A DNA stretch of 47,454 nt from the NCBI GenBank assembly GCA_963776345.1, contig CAVZMH010000008.1, positions 1-47,454 of the forward strand, written 5' to 3'. A program made the position numbers and the translations under genes. Each line of letters opens with the position of its first letter. Position 1 is the stretch's first letter. The stretch is from an uncultured delta proteobacterium (GTDB taxonomy: Bacteria; Myxococcota; Myxococcia; Myxococcales; Myxococcaceae). Below are positions 33,651-44,576 of this stretch, piece after piece. Under the pieces are notes generated by a model. The model worked only from the letters and a program-made list of their open reading frames with translations, did not search any database and was not told where the DNA came from.

Positions 33651-34241
33651 ATGCCCTCCGATGGATCCCCTCTCGAGCTCGGGCGCGTGCTCCTGGTCTC
33701 CTCGGACCCGCTGGTCCGGGCGGGGCTGGCCGGGCTGCTCGCCGAGTCGGGCATCGGGGTGACCATCGAGGCCGGGGCGCCGGTGGACGCCGTGCTCTGG
33801 GACACCGCGAGCGCGCCGGCCCCGCCGTCCGGACCGGGTGGGCCTCCCGTCCTCGCGCTGGTGCAGGCGGAGCGCGACGCCCGGACCGCGCTCTCCGGCG
33901 GGGCGGCCGGGGCGGTGCTCCGGACGGCCGACGCGGCGACGCTCCGGGCCGCGCTGCTCGCCGTCGCGCACGGCCTCGTCGTGCTCGAGCACGGGTTCGC
34001 CTCGCTCCGACCCGCCCCGGAGTCACGCCCCGCGGCCACCGCCGAGGCGTTCACCCCCCGCGAGCGGGAGGTGCTGGCGCTCCTCGCCCGCGGCCTCTCC
34101 AACCGCGACATCGCCCAGGCGCTGGGCATCAGCGCCCACACCGCCAAGTTCCACGTCAACTCCATCCTCCAGAAGCTCGGGGTGGAGCGCCGGACCGAGG
34201 CCGTGGTGCGCGCCGCGCGCATGGGGCTGGTCACGCTCTGA
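33651..34241 (+). CDS. LuxR/NarL-family regulator with shortened receiver-like domain
   Basis: FTPREREVLALLARGLSNRDIAQALGISAHTAKFHVNSILQKLG. Confidence 0.9.
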   Translation: MPSDGSPLELGRVLLVSSDPLVRAGLAGLLAESGIGVTIEAGAPVDAVLWDTASAPAPPSGPGGPPVLALVQAERDARTALSGGAAGAVLRTADAATLRAALLAVAHGLVVLEHGFASLRPAPESRPAATAEAFTPREREVLALLARGLSNRDIAQALGISAHTAKFHVNSILQKLGVERRTEAVVRAARMGLVTL

Positions 34242-34249
34242 CGGGGGGA

Positions 34250-34289
34250 CCTGCCCGGATGGGCAGGATCGGAGCCTCTCCATCCGGGC
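34250..34289. promoter_or_regulatory. Candidate LuxR/NarL operator upstream of the protease pair
   Basis: Palindrome CCTGCCC-GGAT-GGGCAGG (34250-34267) plus CCATCCGGGC (34280-34289), the reverse complement of 34253-34262. Confidence 0.55.
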
Positions 34290-34326
34290 GATGTGGCGGC
34301 CCGGGCGGGCTCGTAGCGTGAGCCCC

Positions 34327-35225
34327 ATGACTGCTCCGTCTCCGTTCGCCGCCGCCACCGCCCTCTCCGAATCCCTCGCCGCCGCCGTCGCCCGGGTGGG
34401 CGAGGGCCTGGTCTCGGTCTCCGGTCGCCGCTGGCCCATCACCGGCATCGCGCAGGCGAAGGACCTGGTGCTCACCGCCGCACACGCCGCGGACCGCGAG
34501 GACGGCCTCCGGGTCCACGCCGGCGGGAGCTGGCATCCGGCGCAGCTCGTCGGCCGTGACCCGGGCCTCGACCTGGCGCTGCTCCGCGTTCCCGACGGCA
34601 CGCTCTCTCCGGTGAGCTGGGTCGAGCCCGCGCAGCGGCGGGTGGGGAGCCTGGTTCTCGCGGTCTCGCGTCCGCGGGGCGCGCTCCGGAGCCGTCTCGG
34701 CGTGCTCTCGGTGGTCGAGCCGGGCTTCCTGACGCCCTGGGGCGCCCGGGTGGACGCGACGCTCGAGGCCGACGTGTCCACCCGGCCCGGGCTCGCCGGC
34801 GCGGCGCTGGCCGACGTCGAGGGCCGGGTGATCGGGATGTACGTCTCGGGCGGGCCGCGCGAGCGCCGGGTGGTGCTCCCGGCCGAGACGCTGTCGCGCG
34901 TGGCCTCCGAGCTCCTCGCGCACGGCCGGGTTCGCCGCGGCTACCTCGGCGTGGGCACCCAGCCAGTCCGGCTGCAGGGCCAGGCGCGCGCCGCCGCCGG
35001 TCAGGACACCGGCTTGCTCGTGCTCTCGGTCGAGCCGGGCGGTCCGTCCGACGCCGCGGGCCTCGCGCTCGGCGACGTGCTGCTCGCGCTCGACGGCACG
35101 CCGATGGAGGACGTGCACGACCTCCTGGCGCGGCTGGCGCATGACGCCGTGGGGCGCTCGCTCCCTCTGAAGCTGCTCCGGGGTGGCAAGGTCGAGGAGC
35201 GCACCGTGGCGGTGGGAATGCGGCC

Positions 35226-35229
<4 letters not shown>
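34327..35229 (+). CDS. HtrA/S1C-like protein with PDZ domain, catalytic Ser absent
   Basis: LTAAH and DLALL present, but GNSGG is replaced by GLAGA; RGYLGV PDZ entry motif; no signal peptide. Confidence 0.85.
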
Positions 35230-36132
<903 letters not shown>

Positions 36133-36225
36133 CCCGGGGTTCGCCGCGCGGCCAGACGGTGCGAGACGCTGGCTGCCCAGAAAAGCTCGCCCCCTTCCCC
36201 GTGAGCGTGGCAGTCTCGCCGGCCC

Positions 36226-37707
36226 ATGCATCCGACCCGCACCGCTCTCGCGCTCGGCCTGGTCCTGGCCGGAGCGTCCCTGGCCGCGCAGACCGCGCCG
36301 GCCGACCCGCGCCTCGCCCTGAAGCAGCGCGCCGAGGGCGACACCCCGCTCGTCGCCGACACCTTCGAGCTCTGTGACCGGGTGGGCGGACGCATCACCG
36401 GGACCCCGTCCGCGGAGCGCGCCGTGCAGTGGAGCGTGGAGAAGTTCAAGGCCATCGGCGTCGACTCGGTCATCACCGAGAGCTACGCCGTCCCGTTCCT
36501 CTGGGTCCCCGGGACGGTGGAGGTCACCGCGACCGACCCCGAGACCTTCTCCCTCCGGGCGGTGGCCGCGCCGGGGACCCCCTCCACCGGCGGGCCCATC
36601 GAGGCCAAGGTGGTCGACGTCGGCGAGGGCCTGGCCGCCGACTGGGCGCGGCTCGGCACCGCCACCTCGGGCGCCATCGCCCTGGTGCACACCAAGGAGA
36701 TGAAGACCTTCGACGACCTCTTCGCCGAGTACCTGCGCGCCGCGCCGCTGCTCCGCGCCGCCGCCCAGGCGCAGGTGAAGGGGCTCCTCATCCAGTCCAC
36801 CCGCCCGCGCGGCCTCCTGTACCAGCACCCCATGGTCTTCGGCCGGGCGCCGGGCAAGGTGCCGGTCGCGCTCATCTCCCGCGAGCAGGCGCAGCGCCTG
36901 GCCTGGCTGGCCGATCGCACCGAGGCCCGCGTCCGCCTGGACGTGGTGAACCGGATCGGCCCCTCCTACGACGCGCAGAACGTGGTCGCGGAGATCCGCG
37001 GCCGCGAGAAGCCGGACGAGGTGGTGGTGCTCGGCGCGCACCTGGACAGCTGGGCGCTCGGCACCGGCGCCCAGGACAACGGGGTGAACGTCGCGCTGGT
37101 GCTCGACGTGGCCCGCGCCTTCCGGGAGCTCGGGCTGAAGCCGCGGCGGACGGTGCGCTTCGTCCTCTTCACCGGCGAGGAGCAGGGGATGTGGGGCTCG
37201 GCGGGGTACGTGGAGCGGCACAAGGCCGAGCTGGACCGCCACGCCGGCGTGGTCATCTTCGACGTGGGTTCGGGGCGGACCCGCGGCTTCTTCGTCAGCG
37301 GACGCGCCGAGCTCCGCCCGATGCTCGCCAGGGCCCTGGCGGGGTACCCGGGGATGGGTGCCGCGGCGCACGCGCTCGACGGCGTCGACGGGACGGACAA
37401 CTTCGATTTCCTGCTCAGCGGGGTGCCGAACTTCGTGGCCGATCAGGACCCGGTGCCGTACCTGCCCGACTACCACGCCGAGTCGGACGTGCCCGACCGG
37501 GTGAACGTCAAGGAGGCGCGCCGGAACGCCGGGCTCGCCGCGACGCTGGTCTGGGGGCTGGCGAGCTCGACCGCCGCCATTCCGAGGCGTCAGACCCGGT
37601 CCCAGGTCGACGCGCTCCTCGTGAAGACCAAGCTCGTCGAGCAGATGCAGGGCTTCGACCAGTGGGACGACTGGAAGTCGGGCCGCCGGGGGTTCCCACC
37701 GGAGTGA
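36226..37707 (+). CDS. Secreted M28-family metallopeptidase with PA domain (carboxypeptidase Q-like)
   Basis: Signal peptide; GAHLDSW, GAQDNG, FTGEEQG, YHAESD. Confidence 0.9.
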   Translation: MHPTRTALALGLVLAGASLAAQTAPADPRLALKQRAEGDTPLVADTFELCDRVGGRITGTPSAERAVQWSVEKFKAIGVDSVITESYAVPFLWVPGTVEVTATDPETFSLRAVAAPGTPSTGGPIEAKVVDVGEGLAADWARLGTATSGAIALVHTKEMKTFDDLFAEYLRAAPLLRAAAQAQVKGLLIQSTRPRGLLYQHPMVFGRAPGKVPVALISREQAQRLAWLADRTEARVRLDVVNRIGPSYDAQNVVAEIRGREKPDEVVVLGAHLDSWALGTGAQDNGVNVALVLDVARAFRELGLKPRRTVRFVLFTGEEQGMWGSAGYVERHKAELDRHAGVVIFDVGSGRTRGFFVSGRAELRPMLARALAGYPGMGAAAHALDGVDGTDNFDFLLSGVPNFVADQDPVPYLPDYHAESDVPDRVNVKEARRNAGLAATLVWGLASSTAAIPRRQTRSQVDALLVKTKLVEQMQGFDQWDDWKSGRRGFPPE

Positions 37708-37745
37708 CGCGGCGGCTGATTCCGGGGTCTCCTTGGCCTGGCCAT

Positions 37746-37761
37746 CTGAACGGACGAGCAG
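37746..37761. promoter_or_regulatory. LexA (SOS) box upstream of dnaE2
   Basis: CTGAACGGACGAGCAG shares CTGAACGGACG with the imuA box; one mismatch to the Myxococcus consensus; 13 nt before the GTG start. Confidence 0.8.
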
Positions 37762-37774
37762 TAGCGTCCGGAGC

Positions 37775-40700
37775 GTGTACGCCGAGCTGGTCTGCCGCTC
37801 CAACTACTCCTTCCTCGAGGGCGCCTCGCACCCCGAGGAGCTGGTGTTCCAGGCGACGCAGCTCGGGCTCTCGGCCCTCGCGCTGACCGACGGCGACGGG
37901 CTGTACGGCTCGGTGAAGGCCCACCTCGCGGCGCGCGACGCGGGGCTGAAGCTCCTCCACGGCGCCCGGGTGACGCTCACCGACGGGCCGCCGGTCGTCG
38001 TCTACGTCCAGGACGCGGACGGCTACCGGCACCTCTGCCAGGTGTTGACCCGGAGCCGGCTGGCCCACCCCAAGGGCGAGGCCGGCATCGGCTGGCGGGC
38101 GCTGGCCGAGCGCAGCGCGGGGCTGCTCGCGCTCCTGCCGTTCCCGGACGAGCCCGAGCGGGTGGCGCCGCTGGCCGAGGCCTTCCCGGGCCGCTTCTAC
38201 GTCGGCGCCTGCCGGACGCTGTCCGCCGGGGACGACGCGCGGTGGGAGCGGGCCCGGGCGCTGGCCCGGACGCTCGAGCTGCCGCTCTGCGCCCACAACG
38301 ACGTGCACACCCACGCCCGGGAGCGGCAGCCGCTTCAAGACACCGTCGCCGCCATCCGCCACCAGACCCAGGTCTCCCGCGCCGGGCGGAAGCTGTTCCC
38401 CAACGCCGAGCGGACGCTGAAGGGCCCGGGAGAGATGCTCCGGCTGTGGGCCGACGCGCCGGAGGTGGTGGGCCGGACGCTGGAGATCGCCGACAGCTGC
38501 CACTTCTCGCTGGACGCGCTCCGCTACCAGTTCCCCCGGGAGGATCTGCCGCCCGGCCACACCCCCCAGAGCTGGCTGGCCCACCTGGTCGAGGAGGGGC
38601 TGGTGTTCCGCTACCCGGGCGGGGTGCCCGAGGCGGTGCGGAGGCAGGTGCGGCACGAGCTCCAGCTCATCGAGAAGCTCGAGGTGGCGGGGTACTTCCT
38701 CGCGCTGCACGACATCGTCCACTTCGCGATCAAGAACGGCATCCTCTGCCAGGGGCGGGGGAGCGCGGCCAACTCCGCCGTCTGCTACGCGCTGCGCATC
38801 ACCTCCATCGACCCGGTGCGGATGGGGCTCCTCTTCGAGCGCTTCCTCAGCCTCGAGCGCCCCGAGCCCCCGGACATCGACGTGGACTTCGAGCACGAGC
38901 GCCGCGAGGAGGTGCTGCAGTACGTCTACCGGAAGCACGGGCGCGCCCGGGCGGGCATGGTGTGCGAGGTCATCTGCTACCGCGGCCGGCTCGCGGTGCG
39001 CGAGGTGGGCAAGGCGCTCGGGCTGTCGCTGGACCAGGTGGACCGGCTGGCCAAGCACACCGAGCTGTCCGGGACCGGCACTCTGACCGACGCCCAGGTG
39101 GCCGAGGCGGGCCTGCGCCCCGAGGACCCGGGGTGCAGCGGACGCTGGCCCTGGCCGAGATGCTGGAGGGCTTCCCCCGCCACCTCTCCATCCACGTGGG
39201 CGGCTTCGTCATCACCCACGGCGAGCTGGCCGAGGTGGTGCCGGTGGAGAACGCCTCGATGAAGGACCGCACCGTCGTCCAGTGGGAGAAGGACGACCTG
39301 AACGCGCTCGGCATCTTCAAGGTGGACCTCCTGGGCCTGGGGATGCTGACGGTGCTCTCCAAGTCGTTCGCCCTCATCGAGAAGCACGAGGGCCTCCGGC
39401 TCGACCTGGCCACCATCCCCGGCGAGGACCCGGCGGTGTACCGGATGCTGGGCGAGGCGGACGCCATCGGCGTCTTCCAGGTGGAGAGCCGGGCGCAGAT
39501 GAACCTCTTGCCCCGGCTGAAGCCGAAGAGCTTCTACGACCTCACCATCGAGATCGCCCTCATCCGCCCCGGCCCCATCCTGGGGGACATGGTCCACCCC
39601 TTCCTCCGCCGCCGCGAGGGGCTGGAGGAGGTGACGTACCCCTCGGACGAGGTGAAGCACATCCTCGAGAAGACGCTCGGCGTGCCGCTGTTCCAGGAGC
39701 AGGCGATGCGCCTGGCGGTGACCGCGGCGGGGTTCGACCAGGGCGAGGCGGACGCGCTCCGCCGGGCGCTGAGCCACAAGCGGGCCGAGGTGCTGCTCGT
39801 CCCCTGGCGCGAGCGCTTCATCGAGGGCTGCGTGGGCCGCGGCTACCCTCGCGAGTACGCCGAGAAGTGCTTCGAGCAGTTCAAGGGGTTCAGCCACTAC
39901 GGCTTCCCCGAGTCCCACTCGGCGTCCTTCGCCCTCATCGCCTACGCCAGCGCCTACGTGAAGTGCTACCACCCGGCGGCGTTCGCCGCGGCGCTGCTCA
40001 ACAGCCAGCCGATGGGCTTCTACGCCCCGCACACCATCGTCGAGGACGCCCGGCGGCACGGCGTCGCCGTCCGGCCCATCGACGTGCGCCACTCCGACTG
40101 GGACGCCACGCTCGAGGACGGGGAGCTGCGCATCGGGCTGCGCGAGGTGAAGGGGCTGCAAGAGGCCCACGCCCGGGCGCTGGTGGAGGCACGGGGGCCG
40201 GCGGGGTTCCAGGACCTGGGGGACCTCGCCGGCCGCGTGCGCATCCCCCGGCACGCGCTGGAGCGGCTGGCCCGGTCGGGCGCGCTGGACGGACTGTGTG
40301 GGAGCCGGCGGCAGGCGGTGTGGGAGGTGCAGGCGCTCGGGCCGGCGGCGGACGACGACCTGTTCCGCGGCATGCCGATGGACCGCTCGACGGCGCCGGG
40401 CCGGCCGCTGGGCGAGGCCGAGCAGGTGGCCGAGGACTACCGGACCACCGGGCTGTCGCTGTCGAAGCACCCGCTGGCGCTGATGCGGCCGTTCCTCGAC
40501 CAGCGCCGGGTGCTCACCGCCGCCCGACTTCAAGAGTCACCGGCGAGGCAGCGGGTCCGCATCGCAGGGCTGGTCATCTGCCGGCAGCGGCCGCCGACGG
40601 CGAAGGGCGTGGCGTTCCTCTCGCTCGAGGACGAGACCGGCATCTCCAACCTCGTGGTGCCGCCGGAGATCTTCGAGCGCGACCGGCGGGTGCTGCTCGG

Positions 40701-40797
40701 CTCGGCCTTCCTCTACGCGGAAGGGAGGGTGGAGCGGGTGTCGAAGGTGGTGACGGTGCAGGTCTCGCGGGCCAGCGCGCTGCGGCTCCCGTCCTAG
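37775..40797 (+). CDS. dnaE2: Error-prone DNA polymerase DnaE2/ImuC, with a -1 frameshift at 39127-39133
   Basis: YAELVCRSNYSFLEGASHPEEL, GRGSAANS, PPDIDVDFEH in frame 1; FPRHLSIHVGG, KVDLLGLG, YGFPESHS, RQRPPTAKG in the shifted frame. Confidence 0.93.
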
Positions 40798-41594
40798 CGG
40801 AGGATGGCGAAGGTCTGCTGGTTCATCGCCACGCAGGTGTCGCCGCTCCACAGCTCGCGCAGCTCGACGAAGAAGCCTTCCTCGAGCGCCACCATCCGCG
40901 CGCGGTGGAACAGCCGATCGGCCGGGTCGATGCGCGCCGGGTCCACCAGGAGCTCGGCGAGGAAGCTGATGGTGGCCATCGGCCGCGGCTGCGCGTCGAT
41001 GGAGAAGAGCGTCGGCCACCACGCGTCGAGCAGGCCGATCATGCTCGCCGCGTCACGCCGGGGCGGCGCCACCCGCTCCCGCACGTACCCGGCCGTTTCC
41101 GCCTCGTGGCCGCCGACGAAGGGCATGGGCCCGGCCGAGCGGTACTCGTAGGCGCGGGCGAAGTCGGGCCCGAAGGGCGGCTCCACCGGGAGGACCGGGA
41201 GCTGATCCCAGTCCGCGCGCTCCGGAGGGTCGATGCCGCGGAGCCTCGGCACCTCGACCTGGCGCGGCCCGGAGAAGACGGCGCTGGCCACCGACAGGCC
41301 CTCCGCGCCCTGGGTGAGCCTCGCCTGGAGGTTGCTCTGGTTGCGCCCGCGGCGGAGGACCTCGACCCGGATGCTCGCCGGGCCCGGCAGGACCGGTCCG
41401 GCGATGTCCCCGGCGAGCGTCCGGAGCCTCCGGCCGGCGTCGCCGAGCTCGGCCTCCATCGCCCGGACCAGGAGCCCGAAGACCAGCCCTCCGAACATCC
41501 CCCGGCCCTGCTGCCAGCCGTCCGGCACCATCGCCTCGAAGGCGCAGGGGCCGGTGGCGCGCACCGCGGTGGCCTGTTCGAACCCGGGAAGCAT
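40794..41594 (-). CDS. Acyl-CoA thioesterase, double hot-dog (TesB-like) family
   Basis: WQQGRGMFGG, LRRGRN, LLDAWWP, MATISF; convergent CTAG stop overlap with dnaE2. Confidence 0.85.
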   Translation of the reverse strand: MLPGFEQATAVRATGPCAFEAMVPDGWQQGRGMFGGLVFGLLVRAMEAELGDAGRRLRTLAGDIAGPVLPGPASIRVEVLRRGRNQSNLQARLTQGAEGLSVASAVFSGPRQVEVPRLRGIDPPERADWDQLPVLPVEPPFGPDFARAYEYRSAGPMPFVGGHEAETAGYVRERVAPPRRDAASMIGLLDAWWPTLFSIDAQPRPMATISFLAELLVDPARIDPADRLFHRARMVALEEGFFVELRELWSGDTCVAMNQQTFAILR

Positions 41595-41597
41595 CGG

Positions 41598-43085
41598 TCA
41601 GCCGATGATCATGGTCTCGCGCTCCAGCCGGCCTGTGCGGAAGCGGTCGAGATCGAAGCGGGTGAACAGATCGTCGCGGGTGTCGTTCACCATCCACGCC
41701 GCCATCCGCTCGGCGACGGCCGGCGCCATCATGAAGCCGTGCCCGACGAAGCCGGACATCTGGAGCATGTTGGGAAGGCCGGGGGTGCGTCCGAGCACCG
41801 GGTTGTTGTCCGGCGTCACGTCGTAGCAGCCGGCCCACTGCCTCAGGACCTTGATCTGCCCCAGCCGGGGGATCTGCTCGGTGAGCGCCCGGGAGAAGCG
41901 GGAGAGGAAGCGGAGCGTGGAGCCCATGTTCAGGCCCGCAGGCTCCCGCGGGTCGCCCATCCCCCCGACGATCTCCCCGCGCATCGACTGGCTGAAGTAC
42001 AGCCCCGAGTCGAGCACCGTGACCAGGGGGGTGAGGAACGGCTTCAGGGGCTCGGTGGAGAGGATCTCGTGGCGGTGCGGCTCGTTGGGCAGCTTCACCC
42101 CGGCGAGCCTGGCCACCTCGGGGCTCCAGGCGCCGGCGGCGACGACCACCGTCTCGCAGCCGATGCGGCCCCGGTCGGTCTGAACCGCGCGGACCCGTCC
42201 CCCCGACAGCTCGAAGCCGGTCACGGTGGTGAAGGTCTCCACCCGGACGCCGCGGCGCTGGGCCGACTGCGCGTACCCCCAGAGGAACGGCCAGGGGAAG
42301 ATGACCCCGTCGTCCGGGTGGTAGGCACAGAGGACCACGCCCTTCATGGTCAGCTCGGGGACCACGTCGCGCCCCTCGCCGGGGGAGAGGATCTGCGTCT
42401 TCACCCCGTGCCGGTTGTGCAGCTCGGCGCCGGCCCGGAGATGCTCGGCCACCGCCTCGCCCCGGGCCAGGAACAGGTATCCGCCCTGCCGGAGCCAGAC
42501 GTTGATACCCATCTCGCCGGCGAACTGCTTCATCAGCTCGATGCTCCGGCGGGCGAGCTCGACGTTGGTGGAGGTGCCCCACTGCATGCGCACGCCGCCG
42601 CCGTTGCGCCCGCTGGCCCCGGCGCAGAGGTAGCCGCGCTCCAGCACCACCACGTCGGTGCACCCGAGCTTGGCGAGGTTGTGGGCCAGGGCCAGGCCCA
42701 TGATGCCCCCGCCGACGATGACCACCCGGGCCTGCGCCGGGACGGGCTCGGCGGGACGGAGCGCGTGCGACCCCACCTGGATGGCGGGAGGCACGCCGCC
42801 CACCGAGGGCCTGGCCTCGTCCACCGGCACCGAGGCGAGGAGCGACATCTCGACGGGATGGAGCGGAGGCCGCGGGGTGAAGGGGAGCACCGCGCCGGCG
42901 CTCGCCCCGGTGCGGTCGGCGAGCGTCCTGGCCACGGCCGACAGGCAGGTCTTCCCCTGGCAGAGCCCGGTGCCGAAGCCGGTGTACCGCTTGATGCTCT
43001 CGATGTCCCGGTACCCCTTGTCGATGGCGTGGCGGACGTCGTCGAGCGTCACGTCCTCGCAGGGGCAGAGCACCGTCTTGCTCAC
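41598..43085 (-). CDS. FAD-dependent DAO-family oxidoreductase (sarcosine oxidase/proline dehydrogenase beta-like) with N-terminal BFD-like [2Fe-2S] domain
   Basis: CPCEDVT...GTGLCQGKTC...TPRPP, then IVGGGIMG, GASGRNGG, WAGCYDVTPD, GHGFMMAP; GTG start. Confidence 0.88.
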   Translation of the reverse strand: MSKTVLCPCEDVTLDDVRHAIDKGYRDIESIKRYTGFGTGLCQGKTCLSAVARTLADRTGASAGAVLPFTPRPPLHPVEMSLLASVPVDEARPSVGGVPPAIQVGSHALRPAEPVPAQARVVIVGGGIMGLALAHNLAKLGCTDVVVLERGYLCAGASGRNGGGVRMQWGTSTNVELARRSIELMKQFAGEMGINVWLRQGGYLFLARGEAVAEHLRAGAELHNRHGVKTQILSPGEGRDVVPELTMKGVVLCAYHPDDGVIFPWPFLWGYAQSAQRRGVRVETFTTVTGFELSGGRVRAVQTDRGRIGCETVVVAAGAWSPEVARLAGVKLPNEPHRHEILSTEPLKPFLTPLVTVLDSGLYFSQSMRGEIVGGMGDPREPAGLNMGSTLRFLSRFSRALTEQIPRLGQIKVLRQWAGCYDVTPDNNPVLGRTPGLPNMLQMSGFVGHGFMMAPAVAERMAAWMVNDTRDDLFTRFDLDRFRTGRLERETMIIG

Positions 43086-43109
43086 GGGTGGATCTTCCTT
43101 CCGGAAGTC

Positions 43110-43238
43110 AGCTCGGCATAGGTGACCGACGCCGGGCGACCTTCCCGATCTGCAGCCAGACTCGCTCGGAGGTGCGGTGATTCCTCGCCAGCCACGCCGC
43201 CAGCGAGCGGCGGTCGGGAACTCGAGGCCGGCGATCAT
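43110..43238 (-). pseudogene. Truncated, frameshifted relic of a YdeI/OmpD-associated-family gene (N-terminus only)
   Basis: Across two frameshifts reads MIAGLEF(P)DRRSLAAWLARNHRTSERVWLQIGKV..SVTYAE; ATG overlaps the upstream stop. Confidence 0.6.
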
Positions 43239-44557
43239 GGGGAGAGGATCCCCCGCCCAGCGCGGCGTCCCGACTCGGCGGCGTCCACGGCCGCACCCGG
43301 GCGGACGAGGTCGCCCGCGGCCCAGATGCCCGCGGCGGCCGTCCTTCCGTCCGGCTCGACCTCGGGCGCGAAGGTGCGGAGCTCGGGCCGGAAGGCGATC
43401 CTCACCCCCGCCTGCCGCAGCAGCTCGAAGGCAGGGGAGGGCGGGAGGGAGACCACCACCGCGTCGCACTCGACGCGCCGCTCGCGGCCGCCGGCCGCGC
43501 GGAAGGAGAGGCCGTGGACCCAGGTGCGCCCGTGCGCCCGGACCGGCGCGCCCTGCACCGTGCCGGCCGGGGCGGCACCCGACCCGGTGTGGAGCACGAC
43601 CGGCGGCGCGGCGCCCTCGCCCTGGAACATCCGGACCAGCGGGAGCAGCTGCGCGCCCTCGCCGAGCACCACCGGCGAATCCCCGACCAGGAGCCGCCGC
43701 CGCCGGAGGAGGTCCGCCGCGGCCCGGCCGCTGAAGACGCCCGGGATGTCGTTGTTCTCGAACGGGACGGGGGAGGCGTGGCCGCCCACCGCGAAGAGGA
43801 TCGCCCGGGCCTGCACCAGCAACACCCTTGGACCCTCGCCGTCGCGCTGCACGGCGAGCAGCACCCGTCCCAGCTCGTCGTCGTAGAGGCCGAGCACCGT
43901 GGTGCCCAGCCGGAGCTGGACGCCGCGCGGGGTGGCCGGCGCCGGGGCCTCCGCCTCCTCGGGGGCGTCGAGCACCAGGCGTCCGCCCACCCGGTCCTCC
44001 TGCTCGAGGAGGAGCGGTGAGACGCCGCGCGCGCCGAGCACCTCGGCCGCCGCCAGCCCCGCGGCGCCGGCGCCGACGATGGCGACGTCGACGGAGAGGC
44101 GCTCGGGAGGACGCGGCACGGGCGGCGGCGCGTCCGGCAGTAGCCCGAGCCCCGCGAGGTGGCGCGCCACCGTGGCCATCACCTTCTCGGCCACCGGGAC
44201 GCCGGCGAACATCGAGTGGTGGTCCATCCCCTTGGGGAACAGCCAGTCGATGCTGGAGAAGACGTCCACCCGGACGCTGGGGTACGCGTTCTGCCGCTCG
44301 ATGCGCATCCCGGCCCGGACCGGCACCTGGCAGGAGAAGCGGTTGGGGACGCCGTCGATGCGCACCAGGCAGCTGGAGCACGAGGCCGCCATGCAGAACG
44401 GGCCCCGCGGACGGTGGTACTTGATGCTCCGGGAGAACACGGTCTCCCCTGCGGCGAGCAGTGCGCAGGCCGCCGGCTCTCCCTCGCGGGCCCGGAGTGG
44501 CTTCCCCTCGAACTCGATGGTGAGCTCCGGGCCGTTTGCCGGAGCGAGGCGTCGCAT
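43235..44557 (-). CDS. Sarcosine oxidase/proline dehydrogenase alpha-like subunit ([2Fe-2S] plus pyridine-nucleotide oxidoreductase)
   Basis: FSRSIKYHRPRGPFCMAASCSSCLVRIDGVPN..SC; IVGAGAAGL; FENNDIPGV; WAAGD. Confidence 0.88.
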   Translation of the reverse strand: MRRLAPANGPELTIEFEGKPLRAREGEPAACALLAAGETVFSRSIKYHRPRGPFCMAASCSSCLVRIDGVPNRFSCQVPVRAGMRIERQNAYPSVRVDVFSSIDWLFPKGMDHHSMFAGVPVAEKVMATVARHLAGLGLLPDAPPPVPRPPERLSVDVAIVGAGAAGLAAAEVLGARGVSPLLLEQEDRVGGRLVLDAPEEAEAPAPATPRGVQLRLGTTVLGLYDDELGRVLLAVQRDGEGPRVLLVQARAILFAVGGHASPVPFENNDIPGVFSGRAAADLLRRRRLLVGDSPVVLGEGAQLLPLVRMFQGEGAAPPVVLHTGSGAAPAGTVQGAPVRAHGRTWVHGLSFRAAGGRERRVECDAVVVSLPPSPAFELLRQAGVRIAFRPELRTFAPEVEPDGRTAAAGIWAAGDLVRPGAAVDAAESGRRAGRGILSP

Positions 44558-44576
44558 GGGGCGGGTTCTACCCGAC

